A stretch of DNA of 63,743 nt, the filler included, from Octopus bimaculoides (lineage: Eukaryota), in the NCBI RefSeq assembly GCF_001194135.2. It is 6 parts of 6 records of this genome, joined end to end, with 100 filler letters (N's around TTAATTAATTAA, not from the genome) between each part and the next. Parts side by side here need not be neighbours in the genome. Positions count along the whole stretch, not along the records: positions 23,208 to 40,531 come from NC_068982.1; 5 more parts are not named here. The stretch is one strand, 5' to 3'. Positions 25,371-37,569 of the stretch are shown here, piece after piece. A program made the position numbers and the translations under genes. The notes under the pieces are model-generated. The model made no database searches, was not told the origin of the DNA, and saw nothing but the letters and a program-made list of their open reading frames with translations. Every line of letters begins with the position of its first letter. The first letter of the stretch is position 1.

Positions 25371-26529
25371 CAGTGTGTTCGATTCTAGCTTTGTTTTAGC
25401 AAAATTCTTAGTTTTTGTCAACACGTAAAATTAGAGTTAAGAATCATCTGAAATTTGGTTTTCGGTAAGACGGTCTGCATGGTCGCTGTTGGAAATTCTA
25501 GCCACATATCCTACAAATCACATTCTAGTAATGAGATATTCGCCTGTGAAGCTCTTCGATATACTAAAAAGACGCAGAGGGCATAGCTGAAACGCCTTCG
25601 GTCATAGAGCTGCTGATAAGGTTTCACATAATGCTAAGTAACGATAAAACTGACAAAGGGATCCTCTTCACATTTACCCGATTTGCTAGAAGTGCTAGCC
25701 AAATCTTCAAATCATCCTCGACTCTCTCTTCAAAAGGACACATTGAATGATACAGTCCTAGGTGTACCGAGTCTGAGAAAAGATGGGACGTTCTATGTTT
25801 GATCAGGCGTAGCGATAGAGTTATACCAGCTCTTGTTGTTATGGTCTTTGTTGTTTCTCTTGTTGCTGAATCCCAGAACAGCTTTCACTGAAACGTCTTA
25901 CGATTATAACGTTTTTTTCTCGGGCAGTTTTTCTTGTAATACTTTTATCCGATGTGTCTTTTTTTTGAAACAGTAGGGCATGATGAAAGGGAGAATTACT
26001 TGCTATTTCCAGTAGGTTTAGCGAACACAAAGAGTCTCTTTGTTGCTTATCAGAACCATTTGGGGAACCGGTTAGAAATATCAGTCAAATTTCCTTCAAA
26101 TCACACTATATTGTCTTAAAAATAAATACATAAAAGGCAGAGAAAAATACCAGACTGTATACTCCCAGATACACTATGGCTGAAAAAGAAAAGATGAACT
26201 AACGTGGGATCCGAGGTGAACGTTGATTTGCTGGATACAATAGTCAAATTTCCCTTATATTGAATAAAGAAATGACATATTCAATAATTTATCTCTAGTC
26301 GCAACCTTAAAAAAAAAAAGGATGATCGAGCTGGAATGGTCTCGATCCTAGGTCTGCTCAATCAGGTTTAACACGGGAATAAATAAAAACAGCAACAGAC
26401 TCTATGCCACTTACAGAAGAAATAGTTTTAGTCTTTGATAAGTCAACCTTAAAGAAATTTGAATTACTAACTAATTAATTGGCAGGGCTTATAGAAACGG
26501 CATCAGTTCCTCTAATTGTATCTTTGCAA

Positions 26530-27313
26530 CAAATTTTTCAATCAAAAATTTTAACTTAAATTATAAAAATTTGCAATTTAAAGCAAAGGAATATAATTAC
26601 AAAAAAAGTGCACACACTCTCTGATGAATTCTTCATGAACAATTCCAGAAATTTATTTAGCAAATCATAACTTTATCAGCAATATTTCAAGTTTTTTTCT
26701 CCTCTTGTTCTGTACTCGTCCAAGCTTAATTACATGGTTGAACTTAAGAATATTCTAGCAATCTGCTAAGAATATTCTAACAGTCTAATTTTAATAGAAC
26801 AATTTTATAAACAATGAATTATCGGCATTCAATTAAATATTGTCTTCAAATTTTGGCACAAGGCCAGCAACTTCGAGAGACGAAGTAAGTTGATTACATC
26901 GACTTCAGTACTTCACTGGTACTTATTTTCAAAAGTAAAGTCGACCTCGGCAGAATTTGAACTCAGAATGGACGAAATGCCGTTAAGCATTTTACCCGGC
27001 GTGCTAACGATTCTCCTGGATCGCCGCCTTTGCTTTCAATTAAGCTAGAATTAAAAATGCGGACGCAAATTACTAGAGTATTCTTAAGTTCAACTATGTA
27101 ATTAAGCTTGGACGAGTACAGAACAAGAAAAAAATAACCTAAAGGATTGCTGATGAAGTTAGGATTTGCTAAATAAATTTCTGAAATTGTCCATGAATAG
27201 TTCATCAAATTGTGCATGAGATAGTGTGTGCACTTTTTTTGTAGTAATATTTTTTCGCTTTAAATTGCAAATTTAAAAAATATAAGTTAATATTTTTGAT
27301 TGAAAAATTTCTT
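26530..27313. mobile_element. Foldback-like element with about 230 bp inverted arms around a spacer containing SINE B (minus, about 26860-27030)
   Basis: About 26530-26760 is the reverse complement of about 27073-27313 (e.g. GTACTCGTCCAAGCTTAATTACAT / ATGTAATTAAGCTTGGACGAGTAC). Confidence 0.8.
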
Positions 27314-28299
27314 TGTGTTAAGTTAAAACATTTCTGACTTTATTTTTTGTATCTGGTTTGCAAGATTCTTTGTGTGAATTCGTGTCTTGAAAAAAATTTT
27401 GTTGTGTCTACAGTCATTATGCCATTATTATCAACACAAACAAAAACAAAAATGTTTAACCAAATTAAACAAGCAATCGATTAGTTAGTTGGATATTTAA
27501 CCCACTGACTACTAAAAAAGGAGTCGAATTGAACCAGTGCGTGTGTTAATAATATTGACATAATGACATTCCCTAGACAACAAAATTTCTGACATTTCTA
27601 TTATATTATGTTTTAGTGGTCGATAAATTAAGTACCAGTGAAACACTGGTGTCGATGTAATCGACTAGTCCCCCCTACAAAAAATTCAGGCCTTGTGCCT
27701 ATAGCAGAAAGGATTATATTACGTTTTAGTTTTTTTTCTTAACAAAACTCATTATAGAAAAATTTTAAATATGATATTGTGTTATAAAATTAAATTCATG
27801 TAGAATATGTGTAATTTACAACAATAAAATATTGTAAAAAAAAATTTAAGAAATGAAAGAATTAATTTCTTTAAAGTTTGTATTATGAGATTACAGAATA
27901 CTTTTTATTTACAGTTAGAAAAAATATCTAAAAACATGAAAACTAACAGACAAATGGAGTTCAAAATGTAGAAATGACTAGCTTTTTCTTTTAAAAAATC
28001 TTAGTATTATAATACATTGTGAAATTTGTTGAAATTACTATTAATTTCAATTATAATTTGAAATATCAAATTTTTAATGTGTAAGCTTGCAAACAATTAG
28101 TGTTTCCACTGAAGTTGAAAATGAATAGCTTCTTGAATATCTTATTTTAAACTTTTATGTAGAAATTAAAAATATAAAAGGGCTTTTATCACCATTTATT
28201 TTTTAAAATTTTTACTTCAGCAGTCATATTCTAAGTCTTTTTCTTCTTGTCCAGTATTTTTCCAGGCTTAACTACATGCTTGTAAAAAAGTGAAAAATC

Positions 28300-28505
28300 C
28301 TTCCCCGTATGGCAGGTTTCTGTGGTGGAAATATTCGCCACCTAGATGGGACGTCGGTCCGTCAAAGTGTTACTCATTTTTACCGGCTGAGTGGAGCAAC
28401 ATGAAATAAAGAGTTTTGCTGAGGAACTCAACGCGTCGCCCGGCACAGGAATCGAAACCACACTCTTATGATCAGGAGTCCAACTCCCTTACCACTAAGC
28501 CACGC
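28300..28505 (-). mobile_element. tRNA-derived SINE (related to family D)
   Basis: Minus strand GTGGCTTAGTGGTAAGGGAG (A box)...GGTTTCGATTCC (B box)...TTTCATGTTGCTCCACTCAGC. Confidence 0.75.
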
Positions 28506-29619
28506 ATCCCTACATAGTTACAAGTTTGAACTTGAGAATATTCTTGCATTCTGCGCCCGCATTTTGTTTTTATTCTAGTCCACTTTTTTTCCAGGCAACG
28601 ATTCTATTATAATAATTAATTATATTTACCTTTATGTTTTTCATTCTAATAATACTAAAACTAAGACAGGAATGTTTTAGCTTAATACAAAGAAAGTTTA
28701 AAGTAAAAAAGTGACTAAAAGTTGACTTTAAGAATATATTCACCCATGGCAGTGTGTGAAGGATATATTTTTATGACCAAACATCAAATTGCCATGTGGA
28801 TTGGTATTTTACAAAAATAAGGGAAATATCGAACGCAAGCGAGTTGTGAAAAGAGATAAGAAGATCGGCTAAATAGTCTTGGAAGACAGGAAAAAACTGT
28901 TAGTCAACAAACTACTACGAAGATCTAAACCCAATACCTCCCGAGTTACAGCTAAGCACTCTGCACCGTTAAGCTAAGCGATCCTTCACGTTGGCTGTGT
29001 TCTTTCATAACGCTAAATGTCTTTCAAGTGACAAAATTATTTTGATTTAATAAAATGATCATCTTTTTTATATTAATTAAAGCTACATAACGTTTCTTGT
29101 AGGTAATATTTATTGATGAGGTTTCCACCATAACATTTATCTCATAGAGGTGTTTCATTTGAACATAACGGTTGCATACTTTTCTTCAATATTAGTTGAG
29201 ATATTTTGATCCAAAGTCGATTTTGAGGGTTACTTATTTTTTTCGTCACTTAAGGCCACACAACTTTTTTCTTAGCGAATACTTTTTAATGCAATTTTCA
29301 CCAAAAGATTCTTCTCGAGGAACACATTCTCTTAAGTTCAACTAATCTGTATTTTTCTTTTTAAATAACTGATATATTTTAATTCAGAGTCAATTTTCCG
29401 CCTTACTCTCACATTTTTGACCTCGCATATTTTGAGCTAACTTTTTCTCTAATAAACCAAATTTCAATTAGTTTATCTCAAAATGTAGCTTAGAATTGGC
29501 TCAATATTGCTAAAAAAAATCCCATTCTATTTGGTTGCGAACTGACTCAGTGATGAAGCTCACGAATAACTAAAATATGACCTTAAGAATAAATTCAACC
29601 ACTACCTTGGGTCAATGAT

Positions 29620-29990
29620 ATTGGCTTCAAATTTCGGCATAAAGGCAGCAATTTCAGGAGAGGGGCTAAATCGATTACATTGACCCAGTAATCAACTGGT
29701 ACTTATTTTATCGACCCCAAAACGATGAAAGGCTACGTCGACTTTAGTGGAATTTGAACTCAGAACATGAAGACAGGCGAAATGCCGCTAAGCATTTTTC
29801 CTGGTGTACTAACAGGTCTGCTGCCTCTCCACCTTTGCTTTTAATTAAATATTGGTTTCAATTTTTGGTACAAAGCCAGCAATTTTCGGGGAAGGGTTAA
29901 GTCGATTATAAGTACCAGTGTTCAACTGGTACTTATTTTATGGAGCACTAAAGGATGAAAGGCATAGTCGACCTCGTCGAAATTTGCCTT
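29620..29990 (-). mobile_element. Two tandem SINE B copies (diverged)
   Basis: Reverse-complement B blocks twice (CAACTGGTACTTATTTTAT...GATGAAAGGC). Confidence 0.75.
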
Positions 29991-32125
29991 CAATTAGATA
30001 TTAATGTTTAAAATAGTTCATTAGTTAATTGTAAAGACATCCAAATGTGAGAGATAATTTATCGAGAGATAATTTATTTAAAGCTTAGATCTCTTAACAA
30101 TAACTCTTCATTTGCAAAAAAAAAAAAAAGTTACAAAATATAGCAAACAAAATGAAATTTTCAAAATCTTGTCATTTCTGGACGACTTTATCATGAAATA
30201 ACAGAAAACATTTCAGCTTTGTACACTTGTTGACAGTCTAAAAGGCACACTTATAAGTGATCCCTACAGTGGAGTACTGCTTAGCTATATGGGACTATTC
30301 TACTGCTATATACAAACATTCTATACAATTTCACACTCAATATGGAATAATTCTGTTAAAAATGACAATAAAAATTACAATATTTTTGCTTTAATTATTT
30401 ATGAGTTAGCAATAATGAACAGGTCTTTACGATATAGCGTTCCATTCATTGTCAATTTATTCATTAATTTATTATTATTTTTCATTTATTTCCTAAAAAA
30501 CATGTTACTTACTATGTCATATGCTATTAATATTTTAATGTTGAATGGAATTATTCTTATATTGAATGTGAAATGGTATAAATTGCATCACGAGAAATAT
30601 CCTCTGGGGCAGCAAGGGAGTATCTGAGGGAGTATAGTAGCTGCTAGAAATGGCAGCCTAATCACAGACGTTCTGTTTTAAGATAGAAAAGATATGTGGA
30701 CTATATTACAAAAAAATTTGATTATGGGGGTAATTGTTCAAAAGTGGGGATAAGCAAACTTGAAATGCTTTCGAATAAAGCCTGCTTGTTTGAGGTTGAC
30801 TTGGATTTCAACAGCAGAAACATTAATGTTGTCGCATCCTGCAAAACCTCGTATTAGGAACATCGCTAAATCATTTCCTTTCAGAGATTTGGTTATCAGG
30901 AACTCTTTCGCCATTCTCATTTTCCTTGTCAGTATCAATTTATAAAAGTTCCACAAAAATTAACCGCCTCGCCATCATCAATCTAGAGATGTTGCAAAGG
31001 TTAATAAACTTGTAGCACCAATGAAACTAAATAACGGAAAAATGAGAATTACAGCACTATTTCCCGAGTTTGAAACTATTGTACTGTTCTTCCAAGCCAT
31101 TCTTAAGAATGTTTTCAAAAGAACTGTTTGCGTTATCTCAAGAAATATGAAAAGAATGATAAAACATTAATTTGAAGAATTAATCGCAAATGGAACATTT
31201 CTTACCGTGCGAAATATGAAGATCCCAAAATACATATTATGCCCAGCCAAAATTTGGCGAGCATTGTAGAAGCCTTATTCATTTGTTATGGAAAGCCCTT
31301 TTTCTTTTCCAATTCAACTTTACAGAAGATATAGTTGTGATGTAGCCTTGCAGTAGTACTGACTTGGGCAACAATGTCTCAGTTTCGGGTGTATATATAT
31401 ATATACCTTCTTAACGCCTACTTAATTGATTTCAACAGATGTAGCATATTTGTTTTCAAAATCATTAAACATTGTTAATCGACCGGAAACAATCTTTTAT
31501 CTGAGCCCGTGTTATCTTTACACTTCAAGCAACACTTACTAAAATATATTTTTCATATCCTTTAACACAATAATTTTTCCTTCCGAAACTTAGAAATAAA
31601 GTTAAATATTAAAAGAAACAAAAGACGTGTAATTATTATGTTTCTTGAAATGTTGGAATTTCGTTAACAATTCTCGTATTAAATATGTACTTTATTATAC
31701 AAAGAATTAATGACTATTGCTGTAAGAGTGTTAGAGCATTGAATTAACTATTAAATAAAACAACAGCTGGATTTTCAACTAAACAAATACTGTTAAATCG
31801 CAAATGTTTGTCTGGTTTCAATATTGATGGCATAATCGATAAAACAAAATGTTTGGTAAAAGTAAAGTTTTAAAAAATATGAAAGAAGTGGTACCAGTAA
31901 AATCGAAAACAAATAAGAATAATCGATATAAACATTGATTTTTAATAGAAAGCATACCAGAAAACTGTGATGTAAATAAAATAACTTGGCAATCAATGAA
32001 CTGCTTTAAAAATATCTACATACGAGGGTTATATTAAAAGTAATGCAGAGGCGGGGGTTAATTTTTTTTTGTACTAATTGCTCACATAGCTCTACACCAG
32101 TTGTTCCCAACCATTTCACTACCAC

Positions 32126-32390
32126 GGGCATATGGCGTAGTGGTTAAGAGCGCGGGATACTAACTCCAAGATTCCGAGTTCGATTCCAGAATACCTGAAT
32201 GATAATAATAATGACAATGAAAAACACCTTAGGAATGAGAACCCAGGTTCGAAATTTTACCAGGACACCCGAAGAAAGCTGGAGAGTATATCAACCGAAA
32301 CGTTGTGTCAACAACAAACAAGATGAGGACAAGTATCCGTCAAATGTAAATAATGTACATAATTCTTCAGCTCTCAAATATAGAACTGTA
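32126..32390 (+). mobile_element. tRNA-headed SINE-like element containing a hammerhead-like motif
   Basis: A box TGGCGTAGTGG 32133-32143, B box GTTCGATTC 32178-32186, (AAT) linker, then hammerhead-like fold 32264-32309. Confidence 0.75.
32264..32309 (+). ncRNA. Minimal type I hammerhead ribozyme-like motif (degenerate)
   Basis: Stem I GACAC/GTGTC; core CCGAAGA; stem II AGCTG/CAACC (3 of 5 pairs); GAAA; palindromic AACGTT stem III; GUU cleavage triplet. Confidence 0.55.
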
Positions 32391-32569
32391 TTACCTTTTA
32401 TTTAAATAAATTTTCCCACGGACGCCACGATATTGAAAAGTCTATCCCTTGACACGTTCACAGACCCTCAGTACTACCTCTGCGGACCATCAGGGGTCTG
32501 CGAACCACAGGTTGGGAGCCATTACGCAAAATGTACTATTTAAATTAAAGTGCGCACCTCTTCATAGCC

Positions 32570-33439
32570 ACCGCTTTTACTGCGCCTGTGTTATCGTTGT
32601 TCCCGAAAAGTGTCCATCATTGGATCGAATAGGTGGAAGACGGGTCTGAGCTGTTCGGTCGATGGATGAAGACTGACTCACCTAATTTGTCGATTGCCTA
32701 ATTTAGTGCCGAATTTGTGTGTGATCATGCATTGTCACGGTAAATATAAATAGTTTTCAGATTCTTGTTCAGCCTCTCCCTCCCAATGGTTTCTCTAAGC
32801 TTTTATAGTGTCTCGTTGCAAATTGTACAGCCACATTTAAGAAAATCAAGGAAAATGACACCTTTGTCACCCCCCACAAATAGCTACAGTGACTTTCTGT
32901 GTCGATCGTTAGCTCTTGAATTTCTTAGGCCTTGGAGAAGAAGTATGGCGCCGTTCCATGGACAGAGCTTTCGTTTTCGGATCATAATTATACGCTGACA
33001 TTTCCTATGCTATCACCAGACAAGAAAAAATATGCATATCCATTGGTTTGAAATGTTTTCAGCAGATTAAAACAAATTTACACCTTTCTTTCCATCTAAT
33101 CGAGTGTTAGATACCAAGGTATCTCTTTTGCACACACTTCATCATCTTCTATAATGCGTTGTGACCGCAGTCTGTCTGTGCAGCAAGCTCACATATTGCG
33201 ACTCGCCTGTTCTCACGAATCAATTGCTCCACTTGCTGGAGATTGTTGATACTTTCCTAATTGTGGCGTTTGTCTTCGATGTCGGTTTTTCCTTCTTGAA
33301 ACTCCACCCGTCTGTGCAAGCTGCTCTCGGCAATGGTGTTATCGCCATTAATCACCATATTGTTGATGGCGGATAGCATGCACTGCTCCTTCGTCGAAAA
33401 TCCAATGGCGAGGCATTGTTTCTGCTTTGAAGTCATCAT
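32570..33439 (-). pseudogene. Decayed mariner (DD34D) transposase
   Basis: Manual translation with stops and frameshifts: GDNTIAES..EFQEGKTDIED, VEQLIRENRRV, YNYDPKTKALSMERRHTSSPRPKKFK, KGVIFLDFL, RDNA*SHT. Confidence 0.85.
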
Positions 33440-34001
33440 TTGCTTGCAATGAGGAATAACAGGAAGAACAGTTATTACATAGGAAGAGTTATTCTGCCAA
33501 CGTGTGTAATTTGAACAATGTTATGCCTGCTTTTACAATACTTCCGTTAAAACCCTTATATGGCTACAACACTATGTTCCAACGTTCCTACTTTTGCGTA
33601 ACGCTAAGAGAAGTAACAGAGACAGAGGGAAAGGGAGGGTATGTTAGAAGGATCGAGATGAAAAGATATTTAAGCAAAAGCGAGAGGGTGAAAAGGAAGA
33701 CAGTGGAAATGTAGACACGGTGACGGAAAGGGAGAAGTTTCCTGCTTTTTTTAACTTTCTTTCTCTGTGTTTGAAAGGTTTTTCAATTGTATCTTAGTTC
33801 ACACACACACACATGCATGCATACGCACACACAATAAGGATTCTTGAAAGAATCGTGTACTTGAATGATATGCACCAGGTAGGGTCGAGTTGCAATGATG
33901 TAATGTACTCAAATGCACAAAAAACAGCTGTAATGAACTGACATTTATCCATCGTCTGCCATTATTCATTTGTACATTATAATATATATATATATATCAA
34001 T

Positions 34002-35432
34002 ATCATCATCATCGTTTAACGTCCGCTTTCCATGCTAGCATGGGCTAGATGACTTGACTGAGGATTGGCAAGCCAGAAGGATGCGCCAAGCTCCAATCTG
34101 ATCTGGCAGAGTTTCTACTGCTGGATGCCCTTCCTAACGCCAACCACTCCGAGAGTGTAGTGGGTGCTTTTACGTGCCACCAGCACGAGGGCCAGTCAGG
34201 CGGGTATTGGCAACGGTCACGCTCAAAATGGTGTTTTTTACGTGCCACCTGCACGGGAGCCAGTCCAGCTGCACTGGCAACGACCTCGCTCGAATGATTT
34301 TCTAACGTGCCACCAGCACAAGTGCTAGAAGGCAACGCTGGTAACGATAACGCTCAAATGGTGCTATTTACTGGCCACTAGCACGGAAACCAGACAGCTG
34401 CTCTGGCAATGAACACGCTCAGACAGTTCTGTTAGTGCTCCACTGGCGCAGGTGCCAGTCATCGAGTATGGTTCAATTACGATTTCGATTTCACTTGCCC
34501 CAACATGTCTTCGCAAGCAGAGTTTAGTGTCCAATGAAGGAGAGGTTGGCATGGGTGCCAGTCGTCGGATACGGTTCGATTTCGATTTCAGATTTCAAAT
34601 TTCAAATTCCAAATTCACTTGCCTCAACAGGTCTTCGTAAGCAGGGTTTTTAGTGTCCAATGAAGTAAAGATACGAATAAGTGAGCTGGCTACACTTCTG
34701 GCAGAGGTCACAGATTATGCTCTCACTTGCCTCGCCGGGTCTTCTCACGTNNNNNNNNNNNNNNNNNNNNNNNNNNNNNNNNNNNNNNNNNNNNNNNNNN
34801 NNNNNNNNNNNNNNNNNNNNNNNNNNNNNNNNNNNNNNNNNNNNNNNNNNNNNNNNNNNNNNNNNNNNNNNNNNNNNNNNNNNNNNNNNNNNNNNNNNNN
34901 NNNNNNNNNNNNNNNNNNNNNNNNNNNNNNNNNNNNNNNNNNNNNNNNNNNNNNNNNNNNNNNNNNNNCCACATGTCCATACCAGCGCAATCGTCTTCTT
35001 AGGTCTAATTTTTCTCTGAAGGTACTTACACTCTGTCGAGTATGCACACTGACATTACACATCCATCGGAGCCTACTGGCTTCGTTTCTTGCTAGCTTAC
35101 ACATGTCCTCAGCAGTCACAGCCCATGTTTCACTGCTATGTAGCATGGCTGTTCGTACACATGCGTCATACAGTCTGCCTTTTACTCTGAGCGAGAGGCC
35201 CTTTGTCACCAGCAGAGGTAAGAGCTCTCTGAACTTTGCCCAGGCTACTCTTATTCTAGCAGCTACACTTTCAGCGCATCGTCCCCCGCTACAAACGTGG
35301 TCACCTAGGTAGCGGAAGCTATCAACTACTTCGAGTTTTTCTCCCTGGAATGTGGCAAAGGTTGTTTTCTGCTCATTTTCAGTGTCTATTACTTCTGAGC
35401 ATCTGCCACATACAAAAACTATCTTGCTAGTT
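34002..35432 (-). mobile_element. RTE-clade LINE, 5'-truncated: ORF C-terminus, 3' UTR and (GAT)n tail
   Basis: GEKLEVVDSFRYLG...ARIRVAWAKFRELLPLL...LYDACVRTAMLHSSETW...RRLRWYGHV; tail CATGCTAGCATGGAAAGCGGACGTTAAAC(GAT)n. Confidence 0.9.
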
Positions 35433-35451
35433 ACACACACACACACACCCA

Positions 35452-36820
35452 TATATTCCTGAGAGACCTTGCTGCATACAATCAAGCCCCATGCATAGCA
35501 CTCGTGGAAACTCATCTGAGCCTTGATATAGAGAATGAAGAAGTACAGGTAACAAAATATACCATACTGGGAACAGACAGAATGAAAAGGAGCCATGGTA
35601 GAGTTGTTGTATACATCCATGATGACCTAACACCCCAGGTCATATTGTAATACTCAAATTCAGTATGTGACACTCTAATTGTATACATAAGACAACACAA
35701 TATAGCCATATGCAATACATATCACCCACCGGATGCTCCAAATCACATGGACAATTTTGAAGATTGCCTCACAAGAATTAAAGAAATCATCATGAAACTG
35801 GAACACCACGGAACCATATTTCTTATGGGTGATTTCAACTTCTCCAATGTCAAATGGTCCGAAGGCCTCATGCTCTCAGGAATGACTCATTGCAAACAAG
35901 CACAGGTGGAGTCCCTGCTCAACCTCATCAATTCCTTATTCGTGGAGCTAGTTGTACTCAGACCAACTAGGCCGAATAACATTTTGGATCTCTGCTTCAC
36001 AAAAAATACGGACATCGTTCATGATGTGAAAGTGACACCGCCATTAGTCTCAGATCACAACACAATAGAGCTGTCTATGTATGGTCCAGAAGTAGCCAGA
36101 GACAGGCAGCCTAAAGGAAGCACCCAAAATCTCTCCAATCTGAACTTCCACAAAGCGGACTGGAAATCGAACCAAAAAGAGATCCTCATACAGGACTGGC
36201 CGAAATGTCTCTCCACACCAGGGATTGGCATGAAACTAGAATATTTCATGTTTGTTATGCAAACCATATGCCAGAAATATGTCCCAAAGCACAAGGCCAA
36301 CACAAAAAAGAACAAGATTCCAAGGGAGAGGAAGATCCTCATGAGTCGACCGACGAAGGTTGCAAATCGCTTCAACCAATATTCCAAAAGTAGTGAAAGA
36401 TCCTGCCTAAAAACAACACTGATAGAGATTGAAAAAAAAAAGCCTGAAACAATCCTGTTATGTTTCCCTCGGACTGACTCGCAGAGATAACATAACAAGT
36501 TATACAATTTAATTATTACATTTATTGTTCAATTACATACAAAGAACGCACTCACCCAATGTTCGTTATGAATAAACAAAAGTCATGTCCGCCATATATA
36601 TATCAATGACATTTTACTACGACAGTCCCACAAGACAACAACAATGAAACAATGAACTCAGACGAACCACATGACACACGGAACGTCAGACGAATTACAT
36701 ATCTAACAGTCCATATAACAAATCCTATGTGAGGGAGAGAGAGCAGACAAAGAAGCCTGGGTTATAAAAAACATTAAATCAAACCGAAAGGCCTTCTTTC
36801 ATTATGCGACAGAAGCAGCC
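35452..36820 (+). pseudogene. CR1/L2-group LINE ORF2 relic (APE endonuclease and linker), interrupted by a solo LTR
   Basis: CIALVETHL, TDRMKRSHGRVVVYI, YHPP, MGDFN, PTRPNNILDL, SDHN; resumes after 36725 as ERADKEAWVIKNIKSNRKAFFHYA. Confidence 0.85.
36456..36720 (-). mobile_element. Solo LTR (265 bp)
   Basis: TG...CA termini (TGTTAT...ATAACA), exact 5 bp TSD AATCC at 36451-36455 and 36721-36725; TATA-like tract followed by AATAAA on the minus strand. Confidence 0.8.
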
Positions 36821-36994
36821 TCTTGTCAGTTATTAAGACAAATAAAAATGCTATGAAAGTGACCGTTGAACAAAGGGGAATTACTATGTAAATGACCACT
36901 ATTAAGACAAAAAAGAACTATTAGAATGACCGGTAAATAAAGGGAAAAAACCCGAAAGGGGGAAAGTAAAAACCGCTCATAGAATTCGCGTATG

Positions 36995-37365
36995 CATATG
37001 CTCACTCACACTCACGTGAAACACATACAGGCACACCCACACACACGCTTATATGTGCACCTATATATGCAACCATACACATGTAACACATATACATATC
37101 CGCATACACGCGCACACACACACGTACACATACCCATACGTGCATAATTATATTTATATACACGTCTAAAATACGCATATGATATATATGCATATGCTCA
37201 CTCACACTCGCGTGAAACACATGCGTGTACACCCACACACCTATATGTATACATATATATGCAACCATACACATGTACACATATACATAACCGCGCACAC
37301 ACACACGTATAATACCCATACGCGCACAAATATGTTCATATACACGTCTATATACGCACATGCAC
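36995..37365. repeat. Diverged tandem duplication, about 195 bp unit
   Basis: GCATATGCTCACTCACACTC(A/G)CGTGAAACACAT occurs at about 36995 and 37190. Confidence 0.8.
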
Positions 37366-37569
37366 AAAAAATACAGGGTGAAAAGTTATATACAGAAAAA
37401 ATATGCAAGAATATATAAAGCAATAAAAATATATAAAAAACAAAGATATGTAAAATATATATATAAAGCATATATGTAAAAATATGTAAAAAATATATAT
37501 TAAAAATATATAGAGATAAAATGCTTGTACGTGGACACGATATAAAAAAGCAGGTTCTATCTGTGATCT

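Larger units (their letters stand above)
32098..32525. mobile_element. hAT-like MITE (host of the element at 32126)
   Basis: CAGTTGTTCCCAACC...GGTTGGGAGCCATT inverted termini; no clear TSD. Confidence 0.55.

Noticed and set aside
28935-28990. tRNA-Tyr-like sequence on the minus strand (also tRNA-like heads at 24420 and 32126)
   Set aside because: Stems do not close into a cloverleaf; these are SINE heads or relics, not tRNA genes.
30640-31340. Possible decayed transposase (piggyBac-like or other)
   Set aside because: Protein-like stretches exist on both strands but no diagnostic motif could be aligned confidently.
36820-36835. CTGACAAGAGGC at the presumed Penelope 3' end as a truncated hammerhead core
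   Set aside because: No GAAA or stems; too short to support.
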